DNA of 64,000 nt, taken from NCBI GenBank assembly GCA_031551255.1, contig JAVBNW010000066.1, forward strand, positions 8,955 to 72,954, read 5' to 3'. Shown piece after piece: positions 18,161-27,736 of the stretch; the first letter of the stretch is position 1; each line of letters opens with the position of its first letter. The DNA is from Eubacteriales bacterium (lineage in GTDB: Bacteria; Bacillota; Clostridia; Christensenellales; UBA1750). Under the pieces are notes generated by a model. That model made no database searches, had not been told where the DNA came from, and worked only from the letters and a program-made list of their open reading frames with translations. The translations under genes and the position numbers were made by a program.

Positions 18161-19696
18161 CTATTCGCAGTCCACCAATGTGAACGATATCTGATGGACG
18201 CCCGGGCAGCGGCCCAGTTGCGTGGCGATGACGGTGTAATCGCCGATGGGCATCGGGGGGAACTCGGCCTGCCAGCTAAAGGCGCTGCTGACGGTCGCCG
18301 TGGTGCTATACGTGCCGTCGGGGCCTATGATCTCGAGCTGAATCTGGCTGTTGGGTTCTCCTCCGCCAAGGACGGTGGCAAACGGCGCGCAGTTGATCGC
18401 ATCGCCGAACGGCTCGAAGATGACGGGCTCAACACACGCGCGGCACAGCAGCGTGAAGCTGACGATGGCTTCGCCGCTGGTACATTGGGCGCTTGCTTGG
18501 CTGACGGTAATGGTATACGCGCCATCCGCAAGCGCGCCGGACAGAGGAACCTGCCAGGAACCGTTCGTATCGACGACGGCGGAACCACAGAACACGTTGC
18601 TGCCGCCGCTGTTTCTGATGCACAGGCTAACCGCCGCGCCGGGCGCGCCGGTGCCGGTCACGTCCGTCAGGTCGCATGTGATCAAACCGGGCTGAGGCTC
18701 CGCAATTTCCGGCGGCGGGCAGGCGCAGTCCACGGTAAACGCGTTGGCATTCTCGCCGCTCACGCAAACGGCGGTGGTTTGATACGCGGCCGCCGTATAG
18801 GCTCCGTTGGGCAGGATGACCGGCACGGCCAACCGCCACGAGCCGTCCGGGTCCACGGCAGCCGCGCCGCAGAACACCTCCTCGTTGCCGCCGTCACGGA
18901 CGCACGCGCTGACCACGGCTCCAGGCGTGCCTACACCCGAGAGGGCCGTCAACCCGCATACCGACCCGCCAGTGTGGGGGGAATGGATCTCGGGCGGCGG
19001 ACAGGCGCAATCGACGGTAAACGCGCTCCGCGCCTCCGCGCTCGCGCAGCCTCCACCGCTTTGCGCGACAGCCACGACATACGCCCCGTTGGGCAGATTG
19101 ACCGGCACGGATACCCGCCATGCGCCATCGGGCCCGACGGCCGCCGTATCGCAAAACACATCATCCGCGCCTCTGCGTATGCATAGGTCGATCCCGGCTC
19201 CAGGCGTGCCGACGCCGAAGAACTGCTCCTGCAGGCAGATCACGCTTTGATCCAGCGGAAACTGGATGATGGGAGGCGCGCATGGGCAGCTCACCTGAAC
19301 TGAAACGGACGTTTGCTGTGCGGCGCAATCCGCCCGCCGCTGAAGCGCCGTGATGGTACGCGCGCCGGGGACATCGAACAATAGGGGCACCCGCCACCTG
19401 CCGCCCAGATCAACCATAGTACTCGTGATCAAAACGCCGTCCACGAACACGTCCATTGCCGCGCCTCGCGCGCCCGTACCCGAAACGATCCGCATGCCGC
19501 AGGGCAGCGCGCCCCCCGCCGGTTCGAGGATGGTTGGCGCTGGACAGGCGATGGGCGTGCAGCATGGCGGGGAACAGCGCGGCGGACAAGACGAATAGCT
19601 GCTACTTTGGCATATGCAGCATAGTGTTCTTGAAATTCTGCAAGTTTTTATCCGTTGGTTTCCGCATGAAGGCATGCATGAGGTGAAGCGTCTCAT
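18161..19696 (-). CDS. Cys-rich protein with five Ig-like repeats, no signal peptide
   Basis: Five ~90-aa units CxCPPPxI..GxGxPG..GxW..GAY..FTVD; RBS GGGGAGG before ATG 19696. Confidence 0.85.
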   Translation of the reverse strand: MRRFTSCMPSCGNQRIKTCRISRTLCCICQSSSYSSCPPRCSPPCCTPIACPAPTILEPAGGALPCGMRIVSGTGARGAAMDVFVDGVLITSTMVDLGGRWRVPLLFDVPGARTITALQRRADCAAQQTSVSVQVSCPCAPPIIQFPLDQSVICLQEQFFGVGTPGAGIDLCIRRGADDVFCDTAAVGPDGAWRVSVPVNLPNGAYVVAVAQSGGGCASAEARSAFTVDCACPPPEIHSPHTGGSVCGLTALSGVGTPGAVVSACVRDGGNEEVFCGAAAVDPDGSWRLAVPVILPNGAYTAAAYQTTAVCVSGENANAFTVDCACPPPEIAEPQPGLITCDLTDVTGTGAPGAAVSLCIRNSGGSNVFCGSAVVDTNGSWQVPLSGALADGAYTITVSQASAQCTSGEAIVSFTLLCRACVEPVIFEPFGDAINCAPFATVLGGGEPNSQIQLEIIGPDGTYSTTATVSSAFSWQAEFPPMPIGDYTVIATQLGRCPGVHQISFTLVDCE

Positions 19697-19724
19697 GGAT
19701 TCCCATCCTCCCCTTATCACATTC

Positions 19725-19752
19725 ATGGTATGAAGGGGTTGATCGACGTGTT
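19725..19752 (-). promoter_or_regulatory. SigmaK-like (late mother-cell) promoter candidate
   Basis: Minus strand AACA-16bp-CATACCAT, matching mACm-N16-CATAnnnT. Confidence 0.5.
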
Positions 19753-19933
19753 CGGCATGAGGAGCGGGCCACCCATAGCAGAGCGGCTCCAGCGTATGAA
19801 CGCAGGGCGAACCCCGCCTCCCCTCCCGGAATACAGTGAAGGAGAAAACCATGCACGCCCTATGACAACGCGTGCTTTGCCGCGTCGACTTGAATATAGC
19901 CTGTTCCGGCCGATGCGTTAAGGAGAAAGCGCT

Positions 19934-21964
19934 ATGGAATTTTCTTTTCAGAGTATCGGTCCAAGGGGTGATCGTCTGGGATCCCTTCCGTACTTAGATA
20001 CCTTTATTTATACGCCGGTAAAATACGTGGGCAATGGGCCGGGCTTCAACGACAATATCCTCAAGAACCCCATCCCCGACGTGCCCATCGACATCGCACA
20101 GATCAACCACCCCCGCGGGCTGGCCGCCGACTATCTGGGCAACCTCTACTTCGCCGACGAGTACAACGGCTCGGTACGGGTCGTCATCCCGAACGCCGAT
20201 GGAGAATGGGTCGTGCGAACCATCGTCGGCACCGGCGTGGAGGCGGGCTCCGCCGAGCCGCCCAACGGCGTGCTGGCGCAGGGCATCGAGATGTATGAAC
20301 CGATGGCCGTCGATGTCGCGGCCTATTGCCGCTATGTGGTGTTCCTCAACACCGACAGCCACTTGGTGCAGATGCTCGACATGGAGCATCCGGCGGGCGT
20401 GTACGAGCGGGATATCTACTACAGGGGCTCGCTGCTTCACGCAGCGGGCCAGCCCTATCCCGCCGGGCCGTGGCTGACCACCATCGCCGGGGAATACATC
20501 GCGGGCTCGGCCGGCGGCTACTACGAACCGCCGGATCACGACCCGATGAAGGCGCGGTTCAACAACCCGCAGGGCGTCGCCATCACCGACGATGCGAACA
20601 CCATCTATGTCGCCGATACCGAGAACAACGTCATCCGGCTGCTGACCAGGACCGCGCAAGGCGCGTGGCAGATCTTTCCCTTCGCGGGCAGCCCATCCGC
20701 CGCGGCGGGCTACGGCGGGGACGGCGGCCCGGCGCTTAACGCGCTGCTCGACCAGCCTGTCGGCATCGCGCTGGACGATGCTGAGGAGAACCTGTACATC
20801 GCCGATATGAACAACCAGCGCGTGCGCAGGATCGACCTCGCGACCGGTATCATCACGACGGTCGCGGGCAACGGCGTCATCCCGCCGAATCAGTTTACCA
20901 ACGTCAACGACGGAACCGTGGCGCAACTCGGCGCGCCGCTCAATCAAGTCGCCCTGTTCAAATACCTCAGCGACGTGGCGCTGGACGCCAACGGGAATCT
21001 CTATATCGCCGACCAGGGCAACAACCGCATCCGCAAGATTCTGGCGGACCTGAGTGAAATTCAAACCATCTACGGCGACGGCACCCCGAACCTCATCCAA
21101 GCGCCCAGAGGCGTGGAGGTGAACTGGGCCGGCGAGGTGTTCGCTAGCGATACCGAGGGCGCGAAAATATGGAAGCTGACGCCCGACGGTTTGACGCCGG
21201 AGAACTATCCGCCTGCACCGCCGTGCCTTCAGGCCGCCACCGCGGTCAATCTCTCGGCGAATAAATTCGCCGTCAATGCCGATCTGCCATTGGGCCGGTT
21301 TGAGTTCGGAGTGTTCGATCAGGGCGGGAACCTCGTCGCCTCCGCGTTGAACGGCGTCAATGGCGAAGTGATCTTCCAGGCCATCGCCCTTACCGCGCCG
21401 GATATCTATGCCTATACCATCCGGGAAATTAGCCCAGACGGCGACGGCTGGGAGACCGACGCCAGCGAGTATCCGGCGATTATCACCGTGGCCATGAGCG
21501 AAGAAGGTACGCTCATCGCCTCGGTGAGCTACCCGCAGGGTCCGCCGGTCTTCACCAACACCTTTGTTTCCGAACCTCCCGTGCCCGCGACGGCGCGTTT
21601 GCGGGCGCTGAAAACGGTCTACGGAGCCTGCCTGTCCGCGAATCAGTTCGTCTTCGGCGTTTTCGACGCGAGTGGGAATGAGGCGGCGCGGGCGAGCAAC
21701 AATGGGAATGGGCAAATCACGTTTCCCGCTCTTTCGTTCGATCAAGCGGGCGCATACCCTTACACGATACGGGAGCTGAACGCTTCCGGCAATGGCTGGG
21801 TCACGGATACTCGAATCTTTTCCGCTATCATTACGGTAGCCGTCAGCGAGCAGGGCCAGCTTATAGCAACAGTGAACTATCCCGGCGGGTTCCCCGCCTT
21901 TGTCAATAGGTACTGCCAGCAGGCGTGCCGCTGCCGGCCAAGATGTTGCCGGTTCAGAGGATGA
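19934..21964 (+). CDS. NHL-repeat beta-propeller + two Spy0128-like (pilin isopeptide) domains + Cys-rich tail
   Basis: FNNPQGVAI..IYVADTENNVIR and similar NHL units; K..YTIRE..FxN domains; ends CQQACRCRPRCCRFRG; RBS AAGGAG. Confidence 0.88.
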   Translation: MEFSFQSIGPRGDRLGSLPYLDTFIYTPVKYVGNGPGFNDNILKNPIPDVPIDIAQINHPRGLAADYLGNLYFADEYNGSVRVVIPNADGEWVVRTIVGTGVEAGSAEPPNGVLAQGIEMYEPMAVDVAAYCRYVVFLNTDSHLVQMLDMEHPAGVYERDIYYRGSLLHAAGQPYPAGPWLTTIAGEYIAGSAGGYYEPPDHDPMKARFNNPQGVAITDDANTIYVADTENNVIRLLTRTAQGAWQIFPFAGSPSAAAGYGGDGGPALNALLDQPVGIALDDAEENLYIADMNNQRVRRIDLATGIITTVAGNGVIPPNQFTNVNDGTVAQLGAPLNQVALFKYLSDVALDANGNLYIADQGNNRIRKILADLSEIQTIYGDGTPNLIQAPRGVEVNWAGEVFASDTEGAKIWKLTPDGLTPENYPPAPPCLQAATAVNLSANKFAVNADLPLGRFEFGVFDQGGNLVASALNGVNGEVIFQAIALTAPDIYAYTIREISPDGDGWETDASEYPAIITVAMSEEGTLIASVSYPQGPPVFTNTFVSEPPVPATARLRALKTVYGACLSANQFVFGVFDASGNEAARASNNGNGQITFPALSFDQAGAYPYTIRELNASGNGWVTDTRIFSAIITVAVSEQGQLIATVNYPGGFPAFVNRYCQQACRCRPRCCRFRG

Positions 21965-22114
21965 GATGTCGATGCACATTCCCAAGGCATGGATGCTGAG
22001 CGCGATCACGCGAAGAATGTCACGAACAAGGTCACGAGGCTCCTTTATTAAGCATCTCTTTGTATAACGAATCCATGATTTCACGGGAGGAGGAACTCGA
22101 ATCAAGGAAATACC

Positions 22115-22140
22115 GCAACCTTCACACGTGCGGCAGCGTC
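22115..22140 (+). promoter_or_regulatory. ECF sigma promoter candidate
   Basis: GCAACC..., AAC-17bp-CGTC. Confidence 0.6.
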
Positions 22141-22195
22141 TAATGCGAGTGCACTCTATATCGCTCGTCTTAGGGCCAAATTAAGAAATGAAACG

Positions 22196-22684
22196 GTGGG
22201 AAGCACTTTGCGATTACTCTTCAAGCAGCGATTCTTCTCGTGGTTTGACAGCTATGACATTTATGATGAGAGTGGCAACACGGTATTTACCGTCCATGGC
22301 AAACTCGATTGGGGACACAGGCTTGAGATATACGACGGAGGTGGCCGTTATCTCGGCAGGGTGAAGGAAAAGGTCTTGACCTTCCTGCCGCGCTTTGAAA
22401 TTTACATCGGCGAGCAATATGCCGGACAGATCACCAAGGAGTTCACCTTTTTGAAGCCGGTCTTTTCCCTCGATTGCAACGGCTGGGAGGTTCGCGGCGA
22501 TTGGCTGGGTTGGGACTACGAGGTTCACGATCCCGTCGACCGGCCGATCATGACGGCTTCAAAGGAAATCCTCAACTGGACGGATACCTATGTCATCGAT
22601 GTAGTCGATCAGCGCGATGCCCTGCTGTCGCTCATGATCGTGCTGGCCATCGACGCGGCAAAATGCTCTCAGTCCTCATCATAG
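22196..22684 (+). CDS. LURP-one/scramblase family protein (YxjI-like)
   Basis: KQRFFSWFDSYDIYDESG..W.D.Y..LMIVLAIDA. Confidence 0.88.
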   Translation: MGSTLRLLFKQRFFSWFDSYDIYDESGNTVFTVHGKLDWGHRLEIYDGGGRYLGRVKEKVLTFLPRFEIYIGEQYAGQITKEFTFLKPVFSLDCNGWEVRGDWLGWDYEVHDPVDRPIMTASKEILNWTDTYVIDVVDQRDALLSLMIVLAIDAAKCSQSSS

Positions 22685-22705
22685 ATCCTCGACGGAGTAA
22701 ACTAT

Positions 22706-23530
22706 CTATAGAATATGCCCTGCCATTCGCTCAGATTGCCAATGATATGGTTTGCCCATCGCACATACCACAACGCTGTCTTTGATCGGGTCGCTTAAAA
22801 GGAGGGTTGACAAATCCTCGTGTTCGAGCATGTGCAGGTAGGCCTCCCACGCAGCCATGCCCGACGAAAGGATTCCCCTGATTTTATCGGTCCTGCGGGC
22901 GCGGGCGACGATGAGTTTTAGTTGCTCATGTATGCGCCGGCGCTCGGGGACGGGTTCCAGCCGATCTTTCAGCACGATATAATCCACCATGACCTCCTGC
23001 CGATTTGCATGTGCGAAGGTTTCGGCATCCCTGTGTTAGCCGCCCTCTGCGGGGCCCTCTCCATCGACCGCTTCCTTGCAGACGATGCGCCATCGTCCTC
23101 GTAGCCGATGGTGATGCTGTATCTGTGATTGTTGATGCGTCTTGATAGAATGGGACAGCCCTTGTCGATGGATTCGACGATATCGCGATTGATTTGCTCC
23201 GCGTCGGTGTCCAACATTCTGCCATCTTTGCCGCAGCTAACGGTAACATACTTAGCCGACCAGCCGATTGTTTTCAACAGCCGCAATTCCTCTTGAAACG
23301 GCGTTTCGTTGATGCATTCGAAGCACTCGCAGCCTCTTGAACCTACCCAGTCGCCCACGATCCGGCAAAAAAACGGTTTGCCATGCCGCTGTAAAACGCA
23401 AGTTCGGCTCTGTTCATTTTCGTGCCCGTGATGCTGCATGTTGCCGCCAGGAGGTTGACGCTATAGTCGGTTTCATTGCCGTAGTAACGATTTCGGATAT
23501 GGTGGATATGATTTTTCTGTTCATTCCAAA
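22706..23530 (-). pseudogene. Fragmented gene for a BtrH-like (papain-fold) protein
   Basis: Pieces YYGNETDY..YSGMANRF / IVESIDKGCPIL..ITIGYEDDG / VDYIVLKDRLEP lie in shifting frames with an in-frame TAA near 23037; boundaries approximate. Confidence 0.55.
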
Positions 23531-24703
23531 CCCGCCTTTCGAATTTTTTGCGCGAGCGTTCTTGCTCCGGCAATCGATTCATGATGTCAGTCGCCTTGCG
23601 CAGCAAGCCCAGCACCACGCGGTCGTTGGCAGAGACGATTCTGAAAAGGCGCTTGAGCTCGGCCCGTACCTCGGGCCTAAGCAATCGCTCGCCGGCATCG
23701 GGCGGCAGCGCGTAGCCCGTCTCGGGCTCGACGCCAAGCTGCGCCCATATCTTCCAGCACGTCCCGTGCGTCGCGTCGAGTTCACCATCGAACACGTACT
23801 GCCGGATCACGTCGAAGATCCTCTCCTGCGCTGCCTTGTTTTCGCATAGATGGTGCAGGTTTGAATCGGCGATATGGTAGCGGCCCTCGATGGGAAAGCC
23901 GACGATGGCAAGCAGCCATTCGGCGGTCTCCCGCGCGTTGCCGGGCGTCACCCCGTCCAGCCGCGCCATGAGGTCGCGTTCAAGCCGACCGTGCGCGGGG
24001 TGTTCCAACACCTGAATCAGGCGGCAAGGATGTCGGCATACGTCACGGTTTTCTCGGCGCGGCCCGCGATGATGACGGCATCGCGAAAATGCGCATGCCA
24101 GTCGGTCAGGATGAACCGGCCGTCGTCGGTGTAGCCCTGCGCCGCGACGACCTCGCGCGTGGGGCGCATCGTGTGATCGAAGTGCTTATGCGCGTCCAGC
24201 CCGTAAAGCGTGCCGCACTCATCGTAGCCCGCCGCGACGTGCCAGTCGGGGCCGTCGCCCAGCTTCATCAGCACGGGTAGCCCGGCATCGACCGATGCTT
24301 TCACGGCCGTGAAGATATCGTCACGCGCCGTCCCGCCCGACAAGCGCCGCCACGAGAGTCCGGCGAAGCCGAAGATGAAGCCGAAGTATTCGTCGAGCCA
24401 GCGCCAGCCCGGATACCAGACGGGCAGCGTCTGATATTCGGAGGTTTCCTCCGGCCATGCCCAGCCGGCCGAGACGCCGGTGAACGACTGATAGTCGTGA
24501 TAGAGCTGCGCGCGGTGCTTCTGCATGGCGGTGGTAGTGCAGTTTCCGCATTGGACGCAATCGGAGCCCTTCTGCCCGCAAAAATGCGGCGCTTCCTCGG
24601 TAAAGCCGAGCGCCGAAACCAATACCGTCTCCAGCGCGCCGAAAAAGGGACTCGATTCGGCGCCGTCGGGGAAGGGCAGCATGTCGGGCAGCCGCTTGAT
24701 CAT
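23531..24703 (-). pseudogene. Frameshifted BtrH-like protein gene
   Basis: VKASVDAGLPVL..WHVAAGYD; restoring one C near 24022 gives DILARLIQVLEHP and fuses 24017..24703 to the next ORF; 3' boundary approximate. Confidence 0.6.
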
Positions 24704-24767
24704 CGGTTCATCCTCCTATACCCTTTCGTTGCAGGCGATGGAATACCCCAGCAACGAGGCGATGCCG

Positions 24768-27428
24768 CTATGATGTCGGCAAGCGCTCGCGGAGTATCTC
24801 GAGCACTTCGTCCATGCACGCCGCCGCTTCCCGGATCTTCGCCGCGATTCTTGCGCGCTTCCCCTTATCCTGCAAATTCGGGAGCGTGACGTTGAAGCCG
24901 CCGCCGAGCGCCTCCAGGTCGCCGCCGTCGTCGTCGTTCCATATCTTGGCCGTGCGGTCATACAGCTCGCTGATGTCCGCGATAAAGGCGAGATCGGGAT
25001 TGAGCACCAGGGCGCGGTCGAGGAATAGCTGGGAGCAGCTTCCGTTGGTAGCCATGTTGCAGATGTTGCTCACATGCACGCCCCACGCGTTAAATGCTTC
25101 CGGCGTTATGCCGTCGAACTTCCCCGATTCAATGCCGCCGGCCCACGCGCGGAAGGCTTCCGGGCCAAAGCAGAACGCGTCGTTTTTCACGGCGAGCAGC
25201 CGGGGCATGTCCAGGATGACGCCCCGGTATGCCTGCTTAAGGTCGATCACGCGTTTCCTCTCCCCGACAAAGAGCCATCCCCTTGCGTTGCATTCGAGGG
25301 AAGGATCATCGGCAAACACCCGCTCGATCGGCACGCGCTCGGGCTCGGTCTTGTCCCCCGTCAGGAACAGAAGGGTCTTCCCGTGTTCCTCGTAGCCCAC
25401 GTAGATGCCCCACGGCGGCCCGCCCCGCGTGACCGCGATGACGGGGACGGCTTTATCGATGTAGGCGATGAGCGTCTGGAGGTACATCTCCTTGTTCGCC
25501 CGGAGCTGCTGCCCGGAGACGAAGGTGCTGGCATAGCCGCATTTCTCAAAGATGCCCTCGAAGTAGCTTCCGCCCTCGCGGTTGAACATGCAGGCCGACG
25601 CCGCCTCGCCCATGTATTCGCCATAGGAATACACCTGCGCCAGAACATCGCCCGTCAGCCCCGCGAAGAACCAGTAGCCGAAATCCGGCTCGTCCCGATA
25701 GGCGCCAAGGGATTCCATCACATACCGGGCGCAGCCGTTGAACCAGTAGTTTTCGCCATGCTCGCTGGTGATGAATCGATGGATGTTGGGGATCGCGTTG
25801 TTGCTTCGCTTGGTGATCACGGTAAGCGCGCCTTCCTTCATCTTGATTTTCGATGGCTGCACAAGCTGCGAAACGCGGATGGAGCGGAAGTATTTCTTGA
25901 TCGAGCTATCGGAGCCCAGGATGATCGGCCGGGCCTGCTGCCGCCTTAAATCCGCCGCCATATAGGGGAAATTGACGCCGCAATAGCGAACCTCGCCGTT
26001 GATGATCACGGCGAAGTGCTTCATGCCCACGATCCAGGTGAGATGGTTGTACGCATCCCGGTCAATCCCGCCTCGCTTGGGAACGCTGAAATAATCGCCA
26101 AAGACCGGCTGGTGAAAGCAGATGGCCTCTTGCGACAGCCGCTCGTCGGGACTGTTGTCCATATTGACGCCGAACAGAACATTCAAATCCTCGCCGTGAT
26201 GAAAACGGATGCTTTCTTCTTTTTTGCCATGCCCCCAGCCGCCGCTCTCCTCGCCGATGCGAAACTCGATATCCACGCGGAACGGCAGCTTCACCGCAAT
26301 GTTGGTTGACAACACACGCGTCGAAATCCACGAGATGTATTCAGCTTCGCCCTCCTCGGTCACGCGGTAATGCGGGCGGTTGATCGGGATCAGTTGATCC
26401 ATGCCGGCGTCCTGCGACCACAGGATGGGGTTCTGCGTCTCGATTTCCTCAACCGAAACCGTGCCGGGAGCCAACTCGTCCGGCCTACCGAACAGCGCCG
26501 CGTCGGCCAGCCGTTTCTTCACGGGGACGAGCAAAGAAACCAGCTCGCGCTTCTCATCGGGCGAGATGAGGTTCTCCAGCATGGCCTCGTGGCGCAGGCA
26601 ACCGTCATGCCCGTAATCGATCTCGTAGAACTTGTTCCCGTCGAAATCGGCTATGAGCGAGCGGAACCGCTCGCCCAAGTCCTCGTCAAGGTACACGTTG
26701 ACCGACGCGAACAACCCGCCCTCGAACGCTTCATCGGCATAGGGGCTGTCGTTGATAAAATCATCCGGGACGCGTAGGATAGCGGCGTCACCGGCACTCG
26801 TCTGAAACTCAAACCGCTCATGCTGCCCCGGCTCGCCGGTCAGGGGGCCATGAGCCTGCACCCAGCGCTGAAAGCCGTCCGGGTCGGAGGTTTCCGGGTT
26901 GCTCCGAGGCCGCGACGATAAAACGCGCATGGCCGGCAGCGGGATGATCGACGCTTCAACGGGCCTGGCAAGCCTGTCCGATAGATCGGAAAGCTCGTCA
27001 TAGATCACGGATTTCTTATGCTCCAGGGTATCCAGCCGCTCCTCCATTTTTTCATAGAGAATCGGCAGCGCGGAAATCCTCGTCACGCCGTTTTGGATCA
27101 TGGCCTGCAGAAACTCATTGACCACGCCGCGAAGCTCCGCCAGGGCGTCGACCTCGTCGTCGATGGCGCGTATGCGGTTGACGAACGTCTCCACCACGAC
27201 GCTCATATCCTCGCTCTCATAGATGCGGATGATATCCTTGATGGGAATCTGCATCTTGCGGAGCACCATGATTTGCTTTAATCGCTCGATGTTCCCGGTG
27301 TCGTAATACCGGTATTTTTCGGTATCCGATCTGACGCTTCGGATCAGTCCCGCCTGTTCGTAATACCGCAAGCTGCGGGAGGATATGCCCAGCGTGTTCG
27401 TGAGATCGGTGATCTTGACCAAATCCAT
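24768..27428 (-). CDS. Large MerR-family regulator fused to GyrI-like, beta-sandwich and BtrH-like domains
   Basis: ISSRSLRYYEQAGLI..YRYY MerR HTH; later NYWFNGC..FFAGLTGD..YIDKAVPVI..VGYEE. Confidence 0.85.
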   Translation of the reverse strand: MDLVKITDLTNTLGISSRSLRYYEQAGLIRSVRSDTEKYRYYDTGNIERLKQIMVLRKMQIPIKDIIRIYESEDMSVVVETFVNRIRAIDDEVDALAELRGVVNEFLQAMIQNGVTRISALPILYEKMEERLDTLEHKKSVIYDELSDLSDRLARPVEASIIPLPAMRVLSSRPRSNPETSDPDGFQRWVQAHGPLTGEPGQHERFEFQTSAGDAAILRVPDDFINDSPYADEAFEGGLFASVNVYLDEDLGERFRSLIADFDGNKFYEIDYGHDGCLRHEAMLENLISPDEKRELVSLLVPVKKRLADAALFGRPDELAPGTVSVEEIETQNPILWSQDAGMDQLIPINRPHYRVTEEGEAEYISWISTRVLSTNIAVKLPFRVDIEFRIGEESGGWGHGKKEESIRFHHGEDLNVLFGVNMDNSPDERLSQEAICFHQPVFGDYFSVPKRGGIDRDAYNHLTWIVGMKHFAVIINGEVRYCGVNFPYMAADLRRQQARPIILGSDSSIKKYFRSIRVSQLVQPSKIKMKEGALTVITKRSNNAIPNIHRFITSEHGENYWFNGCARYVMESLGAYRDEPDFGYWFFAGLTGDVLAQVYSYGEYMGEAASACMFNREGGSYFEGIFEKCGYASTFVSGQQLRANKEMYLQTLIAYIDKAVPVIAVTRGGPPWGIYVGYEEHGKTLLFLTGDKTEPERVPIERVFADDPSLECNARGWLFVGERKRVIDLKQAYRGVILDMPRLLAVKNDAFCFGPEAFRAWAGGIESGKFDGITPEAFNAWGVHVSNICNMATNGSCSQLFLDRALVLNPDLAFIADISELYDRTAKIWNDDDGGDLEALGGGFNVTLPNLQDKGKRARIAAKIREAAACMDEVLEILRERLPTS

Positions 27429-27462
27429 TGGCGCACGCCCCTTGTATGCCTTGATGGTCACA

Positions 27463-27493
27463 AGCATATCACTTGACCACGCGTCAATGTCAA
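27463..27493 (-). promoter_or_regulatory. MerR-type promoter with 19-bp spacer and dyad operator
   Basis: TTGACA-19bp-TATGCT; spacer contains TTGAC-gcgtg-GTCAA. Confidence 0.85.
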
Positions 27494-27736
27494 TGAAAAA
27501 CAATGATCCCCGCAGTATTTTCCTTTTTGCTATAGCTATGCTCTGCCATATCCGACGGCCTCTCCATGCTATACCTTAACGGAAACACCGCCGTCCGGCT
27601 ACGTGGCCGCGGCTCCATGCCCGTTCACGAACACCGAGGCGCGTGTCAACGGAACGCCGTTGAGCGCAATCGTCGGGAAACTTTTGTAGTATGGAGCGTG
27701 TATTTGCTGCCCTGGGGATACCTATCCTTATCGCCG

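Noticed and set aside
18161-19300. DNA-level repeats as a CRISPR array
   Set aside because: They are ~280-bp coding Ig-like repeats; no repeat-spacer pattern or cas genes anywhere in the window
19994-22105. 703-aa minus-strand ORF, and other long antisense ORFs such as 29021..30307, 30631..31818, 44621..45943 and 46975..47943
   Set aside because: Shadows of recognisable genes on the opposite strand in high-GC DNA; no motifs
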